Source: Candidatus Binatia bacterium (GTDB lineage: Bacteria > Desulfobacterota > Binatia > UBA9968 > CAXXLF01). Taken from it: a stretch of 64,000 nucleotides of DNA. The translations under genes and the position numbers were made by a program. The notes beneath the pieces were generated by a model. That model was not told the DNA's origin and did not search any database. It saw only the letters and a program-made list of their open reading frames with translations. The DNA is taken from the NCBI GenBank assembly GCA_963664015.2, contig CAXXLF010000001.1:1024001-1088000 (forward strand), given 5' to 3'. Positions 22,278 to 30,954 of this stretch are shown here, one piece after another. Positions within the stretch are counted from its first letter, which is position 1. Each line of letters begins with the position of its first letter.

Positions 22278-22354
22278 GCGCTGATAACTGACAGCTCTTC
22301 AATTTTGCTGAATTTCCCGCAATAGGCTTTCCCTAGTTTGAGGGGCTAGTGCCA

Positions 22355-23380
22355 GAGAAGGGGTCAAGTCTTTTGTTAACAGTTAGTGGATTGGCTTATG
22401 CCGTGGAATTCAATGGCACGGCCATCACGCATCGAATATCCCGAGGCAGTGTATCATATAATGAACCGCGGATCAGGTCGCCAGAAGGTGTTCTTGAGCA
22501 GGAGCGACTATCGGGGATTTCTGAAAACAGTATCGGAGGCACACGATCTGTGGGGGATAGAGGTATTGCATATTGTTTAATGCCAAATCATTACCACCTG
22601 GGTGTTAGGACTCCGCGAGGCAATCTATCCCGAGTGATGAGGCATGTAGACGGACTGTATACTCAGCGATTTAAGCCGGAGCCATAAGCGCGATGGATCC
22701 TTATTTCGTGGTCGATATAAAGCGATAGTGGTGGATGCGAATGAGTATTTGATGGCGGTGGTTCGGCATATCCACTTAAACCCGGTGGATGGACAATTGG
22801 CGAGGCAACCAGAAGAGTACCTGTGGAGTAGCCACAAGGATTACCTGGGAGGTTCGAGAGGTGAGCGGTGGCTAAAGAGGAGTGAGGTGTTGGATCATTT
22901 TGAGGGCCCATCGGACTTTCATGGCTTTGTACAATCGGGCAATGAGGAGGAGATTGAGAAGTTTTATGGTGGGAAAAAACGGAGCCCAGTGCTTGGGGGC
23001 GAAGGATTCCGGGGAAGAGTGATGAGGCGAATGCAGCCCATAGGGGCAGAGCATCCCCGCTATGAGCGGGTTTCGGTAAGGCCGTCAGCAGAGCGGGTGC
23101 TCAAGGTGGTAGCTCAGCAATACGGGAAGGCTGTCCAAGACCTGAAGAGTAGCCGAAGGGGAAAGGAAAATGAGGGAGGAGAGTGGCGATGTACCGAATG
23201 AAGCGGCTGTGTGACTTGACGTTGGGAGAAGTAGCTAGAGAGTTTGGAGTGAAGAGCTACGGAGCTGTGGGGTGGGCCTGCAATGGGATAAGCTCGAAGC
23301 GTCAGGCCAGCAATCAATTTCGCCGGCAAATTGAGTATATGGAGGCTACTATTTGTCAACAAAAGACTTAACCCCTTCTC
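22355..23380 (+). mobile_element. TIR-flanked HUH (Y1/RAYT-type) transposase element, degenerate
   Basis: 27-bp imperfect terminal inverted repeats at 22355-22381 (GAGAAGGGGTCAAGTCTTTTGTTAACA) and 23354-23380 (2 mismatches) enclose a frameshifted RAYT gene. Confidence 0.85.
22413..23371 (+). pseudogene. REP-associated tyrosine transposase with C-terminal DnaA-C-like HTH, frameshifted
   Basis: Pieces in successive frames: MARPSRIEYPEAVYHIMNRG / AYCLMPNHYHL (HUH) / GSLFRGRYKAIVVD..HIHLNPV..YLWSSH / AMYRMKRLCDLTLGEVAREFG. About 3 frameshifts. Confidence 0.88.
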
Positions 23381-23422
23381 CTCTCTTCCCGACCTCTTCT
23401 TTCTCCTCCTGTCTCTGTCTCT

Positions 23423-23722
23423 TCACCCAATCGATCGAGCCAGGTCATAGAGCGACTGGACCAGGAAGCGCTCGAGAAAGGTGATAGCGACAAAGACAAC
23501 GATTGGGGAGATGTCGATCCCCCCGGGGTAAAAAGGAATGGCTCGGCGCACCCGCTCGAGCACTGGCTCCGTCGCGTTGTATAGGAAACGAACGATGGGA
23601 TTGTATGGATCGGCATTGACCCAGGAAATAACCGCCCGAGCGATAATCACCCACATATAGAGTGTGAGCAAGAGGTTCAATACTGCAGCCACAGCCTCTA
23701 ATAGATTGGCAAATAGAACCAT
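23423..23722 (-). CDS. yggT: YggT family membrane protein
   Basis: ISWVNADPYNPIVRFLYNATEPVL, GIDISPIV; follows yggS. Confidence 0.92.
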   Translation of the reverse strand: MVLFANLLEAVAAVLNLLLTLYMWVIIARAVISWVNADPYNPIVRFLYNATEPVLERVRRAIPFYPGGIDISPIVVFVAITFLERFLVQSLYDLARSIG

Positions 23723-23730
23723 CTCCCTCC

Positions 23731-24483
23731 CTACCCTTTCCTTGCTTCGAATATGGCCGTACCGACTCGTACGATCGTTGCCCCCTCTTCCACGGCCACC
23801 AGGTAGTCGTGAGTCATCCCCATAGAAAGCTCTTTGAGTTCTACATTGGGGATCCCTAGTTCCCCGAGCGACGCCTGTAACTCGCGCAGGCGCCGGAAGT
23901 AAGGACGGACCTCCTCCGGGTCCTGCCGCATTGGTGGGATGATCATGAGTCCCTCCACCCGTAGGTGCGACAATTCACCGACCTGTTGCAGCAAAAGCGG
24001 AACGTCCTGTTCGTCCACACCGCCCTTGCTCTCCTCTTTGGCCAAATTGACCTCGACAAAGACACGGACCGGGGATCCCTGCTTTTCCCCCTCGCGATCG
24101 AGCTCTACCGCTAACTCCAGGCGATCCAGCGACTCGATCAAGGAAAAGAGACGCGCCGCCTGCCTGGCCTTGTTCTTTTGCAGGTGGCCAATCATATGCC
24201 ACTCGACCGGCTCCTCAACGGCCTCGATCTTGGCCTTGGCTTCCTGCACGTAGTTCTCACCGAACAGGTGGATGCCGGCCGCAATTGCGGCCCGGATTTT
24301 TTGCTCGTCCTGCAACTTGGAGGCCGCAAGGAGCCGAACTTTAGAGGGGTCCCGCCCTTTCCCTTCTGCGGCCCGGCGAATGTTATCCAGGACCGTCCGG
24401 TAATTGGAGGCGATGGAATTTCGGATCTCCTGTTGATCAGTGCTCACAACCGATTCCATAGCATATTTCTTCAACCAATTCAT
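23731..24483 (-). CDS. yggS: PLP homeostasis protein YggS
   Basis: LLAASK, FGENYVQE, WHMIGHLQKNK, LSMGMTHDY, VRVGTAIF. True start may be 24459. Confidence 0.95.
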   Translation of the reverse strand: MNWLKKYAMESVVSTDQQEIRNSIASNYRTVLDNIRRAAEGKGRDPSKVRLLAASKLQDEQKIRAAIAAGIHLFGENYVQEAKAKIEAVEEPVEWHMIGHLQKNKARQAARLFSLIESLDRLELAVELDREGEKQGSPVRVFVEVNLAKEESKGGVDEQDVPLLLQQVGELSHLRVEGLMIIPPMRQDPEEVRPYFRRLRELQASLGELGIPNVELKELSMGMTHDYLVAVEEGATIVRVGTAIFEARKG

Positions 24484-24537
24484 TGCATCTGGTTGAATTC
24501 ATGGGGGACCTTCGCTAAAATCTCAACAAAGATTACG

Positions 24538-26574
24538 ATGAAACTTCTGGTTGCTCTAGCATTGAGCCTTTTCTGGCTCACAGACCCGGCCTCTCTCCAC
24601 TCGCAGGCAGCGCAGCCTCACGGGAACTACGCGAAAGCCTACGACCTCTTCACTCAGGGTAAACTGCAAGAGGCAGAGGAGCTGTTTCGCAATTTCCTGG
24701 ACAAGGATCCGGTTCTTCAAGACTACACACTCTATTTTCTCGGAGCCATCGCCGCCTCCCAAGAGGACCAGGACAAGGCGCAGGTCTATTTCGCCCAGTT
24801 AAAAAGAGACTTTCCCCGTAGCGTCTGGCTAAACAACACTAACCTGTACCTGGCCAAGGCAGCTCTGAAACAGGACGAAAGCGAGCAGGCAATCGAGTTA
24901 CTCACGGCCCTGGGTTCGAGAGGCGTCAAAGAAGAGATCTACAAGGAAGCCCACTATCTGCTCGGCCGGGCCCAGAGTCTGGACAGGGATTTCAAACTAG
25001 CGCACTCCACTTTTCAGAAGCTGAGGAACACCTTTCCGTTCTCCTCCTGGGCCGTCAAGGCAAAGGTGGAGGTCCTTCGGATCAGAAAACTGTTCACCGA
25101 GCCTCTAGGCTTAAACCAACCCAAGGCCCTGTTGGAAGAGGGGAATATCCTGTTAAAGGAGGGGGACTCCAGGGAAGCGGAGAAGGTCTTTCGCCAGTTG
25201 ATCCACTCCCGCAAGGGCAAGAGCCTTTATCTCCCCTCGCTCAAGGGTCTAGCGCAAGTCTATCGAAGCACACGCCGGCGAAACCAAGAAATCAAGACCT
25301 TACGTAAGCTCGTGGCAGAATTTCCCGATCAAGCGGAGGCGTCGGACGCCGCCTACCGCATTGCCGAACTGTGCTGGAACCAGGGAAACAACACCAAGGC
25401 CCTCGAGGAATTCAAACGCTTTGAAAAACGCTATCCGCAGAGCAAGCTCCAGGACAAGGCGGCTATCGCTATGGGGCGCATTTACGAATCCCTGGGTGTC
25501 CCCAAGGAAGCGATGCGAGTCTTCCGAATGGTCCCCCAACGCTTCCCGGAAAGCCAGCTGCGCTGGGAGGCAACCTGGCGATTGGCCTGGATGCACTATC
25601 TCCGTACCGACTTCAAAGAGTCCTTCACCACCTTCGAAAGCATCGCAACTAGGCAGGCCCCGGATCACTTTAGAGCCGGCTCCCTTTATTGGCAGGCCCG
25701 CTCCACCGAACAACTGGGCAACTCGGAAGACGCCAAAGGCTTATACCGTCAGGTTCGTTCCACTTTCTCCGAAAGCTATTACAGGGGACCATCCGCCGAT
25801 GCATTGAAGCGACTGGGCGAGCCCCTCGATCAAGAAAAACCCCAGGAGAATCAGGACCTACCCGATCCAGAGGTAACGACTAATCCGGACCTTGTCTTTC
25901 ACCTCTCCCGCGCCCAAAAACTCGCCGATCTGTCCCTGCACCGGCTCGCGGTTGTGGAACTGGATGAAGTCCGAGACCAGGTCGGCAGGGATCGCACCTG
26001 GCACTTGATGCTGATGAGACAGTATGCACAGAATCGGGGTTTCGACCGCAGCATCAGGCTGGCCCTGCAGCTCAGCCATTCGTCACAGGAGCTAAGGCGG
26101 TTCCGTTACCCCCTGGCCTATTGGGAAACCATCCGCAGGGAAGCAATCAAACGGGGTGTGGATCCCTATTTAATCTTGGCCATGATTCGACAGGAGAGCC
26201 TTTTCGACTCGGAGGCGATCTCTCCAGCATCCGCCTTGGGCCTCATGCAGCTCCTGCCTTCCACGGCGAAAAAGGAAGCAGACCGCATGGGGCTCTCGGT
26301 AACGGAAGTCGAAAAGCTATTCGACCCGGATCTGAACCTGACATTGGGCATCCAACATCTCAAGGTGCTTTTTGATACGTATCCCGAGAGCGTTTCCAAG
26401 GCACTAGCCGCCTACAACGCCGGCAGGCGACCGGTCAATCGCTGGGGGAAAAGATTCGCTTCAATGGACGAACAAGAGTTTATTGAAAGAATCCCCTACC
26501 GAGAGACCCGATTCTACGTGAAGCTGGTCTTGCGCAATTACCGCATATACAAAGAACTCTACAACGGTCACTGA
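24538..26574 (+). CDS. slt: Soluble lytic murein transglycosylase with TPR repeats
   Basis: Signal peptide from MKLLVAL; TPRs; SLT motifs IRQESLF, ALGLMQLLPSTA, AAYNAG, IPYRETRFYV. Confidence 0.9.
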   Translation: MKLLVALALSLFWLTDPASLHSQAAQPHGNYAKAYDLFTQGKLQEAEELFRNFLDKDPVLQDYTLYFLGAIAASQEDQDKAQVYFAQLKRDFPRSVWLNNTNLYLAKAALKQDESEQAIELLTALGSRGVKEEIYKEAHYLLGRAQSLDRDFKLAHSTFQKLRNTFPFSSWAVKAKVEVLRIRKLFTEPLGLNQPKALLEEGNILLKEGDSREAEKVFRQLIHSRKGKSLYLPSLKGLAQVYRSTRRRNQEIKTLRKLVAEFPDQAEASDAAYRIAELCWNQGNNTKALEEFKRFEKRYPQSKLQDKAAIAMGRIYESLGVPKEAMRVFRMVPQRFPESQLRWEATWRLAWMHYLRTDFKESFTTFESIATRQAPDHFRAGSLYWQARSTEQLGNSEDAKGLYRQVRSTFSESYYRGPSADALKRLGEPLDQEKPQENQDLPDPEVTTNPDLVFHLSRAQKLADLSLHRLAVVELDEVRDQVGRDRTWHLMLMRQYAQNRGFDRSIRLALQLSHSSQELRRFRYPLAYWETIRREAIKRGVDPYLILAMIRQESLFDSEAISPASALGLMQLLPSTAKKEADRMGLSVTEVEKLFDPDLNLTLGIQHLKVLFDTYPESVSKALAAYNAGRRPVNRWGKRFASMDEQEFIERIPYRETRFYVKLVLRNYRIYKELYNGH

Positions 26575-27332
26575 TGAAAAAAACGGCCAGCCGCCGCTCT
26601 CCGATCATCGGGATCACTCCCGACATTACATCGCCTGGGGAAACATCCAAGTTTACCGACTCAACCCTATTTGTATCTCAACGAATTAGCAGCGCGGTGT
26701 TAAATGCGGGCGGTATTCCCCTGATTCTACCGTTGATCTCCTCGCGTCGTGCCCTCAAGGAAGCACTAGCACAACTGGACGGCGTTCTGGTAACAGGTGG
26801 AAATTTTGATATTCACCCGCATTACTATGGGGAAACACCCCGGAAAGGACTGGGCAAGCCTAAAGAAACGCGCACCCGGTTCGAACTGGAGCTGATCTCG
26901 CTGGCCCTCGAACATACACTCCCCGTCCTTGGGATCTGCGGTGGAGAGCAGGCTATCAATGTGGCCTTTGACGGCTCTCTCTACCAGGATATCGCCACAC
27001 AGGTCCCCACAGCCATGGAACATGAGCAAAAGGGTCCCAAAGAACACTGTGCTCACCCGGTAAGAATTGTCCCTGGCACCAGGCTCCATCGGATCGTGGG
27101 GCAGGATGCCTTGGACGTCAATACCACCCATCATCAGGCCGTCAACCGGTTCGGTAAGGGCTTAACAAGCAACGCCACCGCGGACGACGGCATTATCGAG
27201 GGCATCGAGAGCCTCGAGCACCCGTTTGTTTTGGGGGTTCAATGGCACCCGGAGTATCTGACCGGGGGAAATGCCCCGCAGAGGAAGATCTTCGCCTCTC
27301 TAATCGTCGCCTGCAAAGAAGCTCGGCCCTAG
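26574..27332 (+). CDS. Gamma-glutamyl-GABA hydrolase family (peptidase C26, class I GATase)
   Basis: PIIGIT, LDGVLVTGG, PVLGICGG, VNTTHHQAV, GVQWHPE. Confidence 0.9.
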   Translation: MKKTASRRSPIIGITPDITSPGETSKFTDSTLFVSQRISSAVLNAGGIPLILPLISSRRALKEALAQLDGVLVTGGNFDIHPHYYGETPRKGLGKPKETRTRFELELISLALEHTLPVLGICGGEQAINVAFDGSLYQDIATQVPTAMEHEQKGPKEHCAHPVRIVPGTRLHRIVGQDALDVNTTHHQAVNRFGKGLTSNATADDGIIEGIESLEHPFVLGVQWHPEYLTGGNAPQRKIFASLIVACKEARP

Positions 27333-27334
27333 AA

Positions 27335-27740
27335 TCACCACCTGACGGAGCAAGCCCGACACCTGGCACATCCTCACCACCCTAAACTCTACCCTGTGAG
27401 CTCCTTGGCAAAGTACGCTGCGGCCTTTTTTAATATATCTCGCCCCTCCGTTACCCGATCTAACTCCCGCTTTAACCGCCCCACCTCATCGTTGCCTCTT
27501 CCCCGGCCTATTCCTGGAAACACTGCCGATCCGTTTTTTCTCACCTGCTCCTGCCACTTTTACAATCGATTACACGGCACTCCGAGTTCCCGGGCAATCT
27601 CCACTGCCGGCCGCCCGCCTCCAGCAGTCGAATAGCTTCTAACTTAAACTCCTTAGTAAATCGCCTTCGCTTACCCATCGAGCACCTCCTGCGGGGATCT
27701 TGTCCCCTTTTTGGGTGTCCGTCAAACCCGGGCCACCTCA
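27335..27740 (-). mobile_element. Truncated IS3-family element (left end, orfA, start of orfB)
   Basis: Left end TGAGGTGGCCCGGGTTTGACGGACAC at 27740. orfA MGKRRRFTKEFKLEAIRL (27678), frameshifted, ending ILKKAAAYFAKE. A6G slippery site at 27425-27431; orfB lost. Confidence 0.85.
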
Positions 27741-27829
27741 GGGTGGCCTTATTGCTATTTGCGCCGTAGGGCACCCATGAACTGTGAGATCACCGATCAA
27801 TCGCCGACACATTATAACCCTTCAGAAAA

Positions 27830-27870
27830 AATAGACACCGGAGGCACGATGCCTAGACCCGGTGTCTATT
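27830..27870 (-). terminator. Hairpin with T-tract on minus strand
   Basis: AATAGACACCGG...CCGGTGTCTATT 12-bp stem with inner AGGCA/TGCCT stem, followed on the minus strand by a T run. Confidence 0.5.
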
Positions 27871-28012
27871 CTCGTAGAAGTCACCTGCAAATAATTAAAA
27901 ATAGTTAGTAAGGTTGCGTTATCAATAACTGCGGAGGCACATGACGGCTTGACTTCAAAGGGCCGTAAGCGCTATGCCACTATCGTAAGACTAGACCGCG
28001 CAAGGAGACACC

Positions 28013-29152
28013 ATGGCAAACGAGCCCGATTTCAAACAGATGCAAAAGGACCGGGTCAAACAGCTTCAGGCGGTCATGAAGGACCAGGGATTCGGGGGGC
28101 TGTTCCTGGCGGAAGGTGCCAACGTACGCTACCTGACCAACGTCAAATTACCAGGCGGATCCGTATTTGTCCCCCGTGAAGGCGAGCCGATTCTATACTC
28201 CAGGTCCCGCGACATGGGCTACGTGAAGCGTGACTACGCCAATGTCCGCCCTGCCCTTCGTGCCAGCAACGCTACGGGCCCCGAACTGGCCGGGAAGGCA
28301 GCACGGTGGGCCAGGGATATCAAAGAAACGATAAAAGAATTCGGTATCGAGGGGGAAAGCCTGGGGGTGGATCCGCTGGACGTCGTCTCAATCGACGCCC
28401 TTGCGGAACTTGGGATGAACGTTGTCGATGGCCGCCATGCCATATCCACAGCCAAGCGGGTCAAAACCAACGACGAAGTGAAATGCTTCCGTATCATGGG
28501 GCACTGGTATCAGGACATCATGAACGGGTTTCGAAAAGCGATCAAACCGGGCGTTCGCGAGACCGAGCTGACCGCCGTGGTCCACTACGAAGCGGTTCGC
28601 AAGGGGGCTGAGGAAATCTTCCAGCTCAACGTCTGCTCGGGGGAGAATATGAACCCATGGCGCCGCTGGCCAACCGAACGGGAGGTCAAGCCGGAGGAGT
28701 TCGTCGGTATCGACCTGCACCTGGTCGGGCCAGGCGGCTGCTGGACCGACGTCTCACGGACCTATTACTGCGGCAATAATCCGACCAAGGAACAAAAGGA
28801 ACTCTATCGCATCGCCCACGACTACCTGCAGGGAATGATCGCGCTGCTTAAACCGGGGGAGAGAATCGACCACGTCATCGCCAATGCGCCCAAGATTCCG
28901 GAGAAATACCGCGAGCTTTTAGACAACTACTCCATCGCCCACTCGGACGCCATGCGCCCCCATGAATACCCGCGCATCGAGAGGGACAAACCGGTCACGG
29001 ATGTCCTGGAACCCAACATGGTCTTTTCCGTGGAAACCTATTTTAGTGAGCCGGGGCAAAAGGACACGGTCAAGCTAGAAGAACTCGTAGCGGTTACCGA
29101 GAAAGATCCCGAGGTCCTATCCAATGCGCCTTTCGATGAGCTGTTTGTCTAA
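28013..29152 (+). CDS. M24-family (Xaa-Pro peptidase/creatinase-like) hydrolase
   Basis: Creatinase-N region (NVRYLT); metal ligands GIDL..WTDVSRT, AH...HEYP, FSVE, VKLEE. Confidence 0.85.
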   Translation: MANEPDFKQMQKDRVKQLQAVMKDQGFGGLFLAEGANVRYLTNVKLPGGSVFVPREGEPILYSRSRDMGYVKRDYANVRPALRASNATGPELAGKAARWARDIKETIKEFGIEGESLGVDPLDVVSIDALAELGMNVVDGRHAISTAKRVKTNDEVKCFRIMGHWYQDIMNGFRKAIKPGVRETELTAVVHYEAVRKGAEEIFQLNVCSGENMNPWRRWPTEREVKPEEFVGIDLHLVGPGGCWTDVSRTYYCGNNPTKEQKELYRIAHDYLQGMIALLKPGERIDHVIANAPKIPEKYRELLDNYSIAHSDAMRPHEYPRIERDKPVTDVLEPNMVFSVETYFSEPGQKDTVKLEELVAVTEKDPEVLSNAPFDELFV

Positions 29153-29161
29153 GGATTTATC

Positions 29162-30205
29162 TTAATCACAGTAGGCTTCGCCTTGCTGCGTGACAACATG
29201 CCCCAGGTTCTCCATCGCCGGTCGCGACGTGTGAACCAAGAACCTGGCCGGTTCATCCCCTGTATTGAAGTGCTGGTGCCACCCAAACATGGGGATTGAA
29301 AATGCATCACCGGCCTTCCAATCGTAGCGCCGGTCTTCAATGATGCTGTAGCCTTTCCCGGACAGAACGAACTCGATTTCCTCATACAGGTGACGATGGG
29401 CCCCTGATTTTTCCCCGGGGAGGATCTCGGCCATCAGGGTAGACATCTGCTTGACATGAAATCCAAGGCGCGGATCCACGATATGCGAGACATGCCCCAT
29501 GCGTGTTTCGTTAAACTGGACATCCTTCGCTTTGACCATCACCTTGCCTTCACGGCGTTTCATTTCCTCATTGGCGGCAAAATAGAGCTGCTCTTCATAG
29601 AGCCGGGAATCCAATCCATCGCTGGTTTGTGTCCGCGGAGGAGGAGTCACGGGTGGCGGGACCTCGGAGCCCCCCGGGACCAGTCCCTTCATGGCCTCTT
29701 CGCTCTTCTGGGCAAAGACCCAGTACTCGGGATACTTCTCATCCTCATACACGGCCACACCAAGGGCACGAGACAAGTGTTGCGTGGTGCAGGCCATGTA
29801 GTGCATCTCCTGGTCGCTCTCGTTAACATGGCGGTGCCAGGCAAAATAGGGCACGCAGATAAAATCCCCGGGCGCCCAATCGTAGCGTTTGCCGTCAACG
29901 ATGCTGTACCCATGCCCTTGCTTGATATAGATAACCGCCTCGACGGTGTGGCGATGCCCCAGCGTCTTCCAACCCATCCCCTCCTGCTCTTCCGCGTTGA
30001 TCTTGTTGATCCACATGCGGATGATCCGATTGTTGAACCCCAGCTTGGGGTCCACGATGAGAGTGGCACGCCACTGTTCGGTGAATCGGGAAGCGATATC
30101 CTCGGCCGTCGTTTGTACGGGAGCGTTTTTTCTCTTCTCCAGTTCGTCTTTAGCGAAAAAAACATACTCCCTCTCGGGTTTACTTTCAGCCATACTTATC
30201 TCCAA
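29162..30205 (-). CDS. Bicupin protein (gentisate 1,2-dioxygenase-like), both metal sites intact
   Basis: GHRHTVEAVIY..WHRHVN and AHRHLYEEIEF..WHQHFN. Confidence 0.8.
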   Translation of the reverse strand: MEISMAESKPEREYVFFAKDELEKRKNAPVQTTAEDIASRFTEQWRATLIVDPKLGFNNRIIRMWINKINAEEQEGMGWKTLGHRHTVEAVIYIKQGHGYSIVDGKRYDWAPGDFICVPYFAWHRHVNESDQEMHYMACTTQHLSRALGVAVYEDEKYPEYWVFAQKSEEAMKGLVPGGSEVPPPVTPPPRTQTSDGLDSRLYEEQLYFAANEEMKRREGKVMVKAKDVQFNETRMGHVSHIVDPRLGFHVKQMSTLMAEILPGEKSGAHRHLYEEIEFVLSGKGYSIIEDRRYDWKAGDAFSIPMFGWHQHFNTGDEPARFLVHTSRPAMENLGHVVTQQGEAYCD

Positions 30206-30214
30206 TTCGGTTGA

Positions 30215-30919
30215 TTATTGCCTAACTCCGGCCCTTTTGACGGGTTGTCCGCCCTTGATGCTACCCATGGAAGTGCTTTTGCCCGATGAGACCGGTTTCA
30301 TCTCGCCCAGGTAAGACCGAACCTGTGCGGTCGGTCTTACGTCGGCGTATTTCTGAGCCAATACGGCAAGCGTCACATCGTGCCACAGGGGTTCCCGGTC
30401 GAAAACACACTCTTCCGGAATGACTACGTGATAGTTATGGGACGAAGCATCCGCCGCACTTGTACGAACGCACCCGCTGGTCGATGTTCCCGCGAGGATT
30501 AAAGTGTCAATCCGGTGAAAGACGAGAAAGCTCACCAGAGGGGTGCCGAAAAAGGCGCTGGCACGGTACTTATCGATGACAAGGTCGCCATCTTCGGGTG
30601 AAAGCTCCTCCACCACGGTACTCATCCGGGATGCATCCCCCGTCGCTTGCAGATCGGTATGTTTCCTTCCCAGCCCCTTCAACTCGTTTTTAATTCGTTT
30701 CAATGGCGCCGACCGTGTATAAATTACCGGGACACCGGCCTGCCGTGCTTCCGGTAGAAGATCCTTCAACTTGGACACGGCTTTCCATCCCGCTTCGGCC
30801 CCATACCCCAGGTGCGAAGAAGGGTCGAAATAGGCATAGGTCATGTCGATCACGAGGATGGCAGGGCTCACTCCAAAACCCATTTCGTTGTTCTTACTTT
30901 CGCCGTTGACCTTTGCCAT
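30215..30919 (-). CDS. Isochorismatase-family cysteine hydrolase (NicF/N-carbamoylsarcosine amidase-like)
   Basis: Asp-Lys-Cys triad: LVIDM, DKYRASAFFGT, GTSTSGCVRTSAAD; ECVFDR. Confidence 0.88.
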   Translation of the reverse strand: MAKVNGESKNNEMGFGVSPAILVIDMTYAYFDPSSHLGYGAEAGWKAVSKLKDLLPEARQAGVPVIYTRSAPLKRIKNELKGLGRKHTDLQATGDASRMSTVVEELSPEDGDLVIDKYRASAFFGTPLVSFLVFHRIDTLILAGTSTSGCVRTSAADASSHNYHVVIPEECVFDREPLWHDVTLAVLAQKYADVRPTAQVRSYLGEMKPVSSGKSTSMGSIKGGQPVKRAGVRQ

Positions 30920-30954
30920 AGACTACTCCCCTTTCAACCGATCCGAGCACTCCA

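Larger units (their letters stand above)
16262..22352. mobile_element. Degenerate genomic island integrated in tRNA-Leu (attL ~16262-16281, attR 22333-22352)
   Basis: 19/20-nt direct repeat of the tRNA anticodon arm at 22333-22352. Integrase remnant next to the tRNA; accessory cargo; core genes resume at 23423. Confidence 0.8.

Noticed and set aside
23371-23425. Pyrimidine-rich tract after the RAYT element (also 17060-17250)
   Set aside because: Low complexity without periodicity or stem structure; no function supportable.
19432-30214. Long antisense ORFs (e.g. 19432-20253, 29456-30214; also 5293-5925)
   Set aside because: Shadows of well-supported genes on the opposite strand, with no domain signal.
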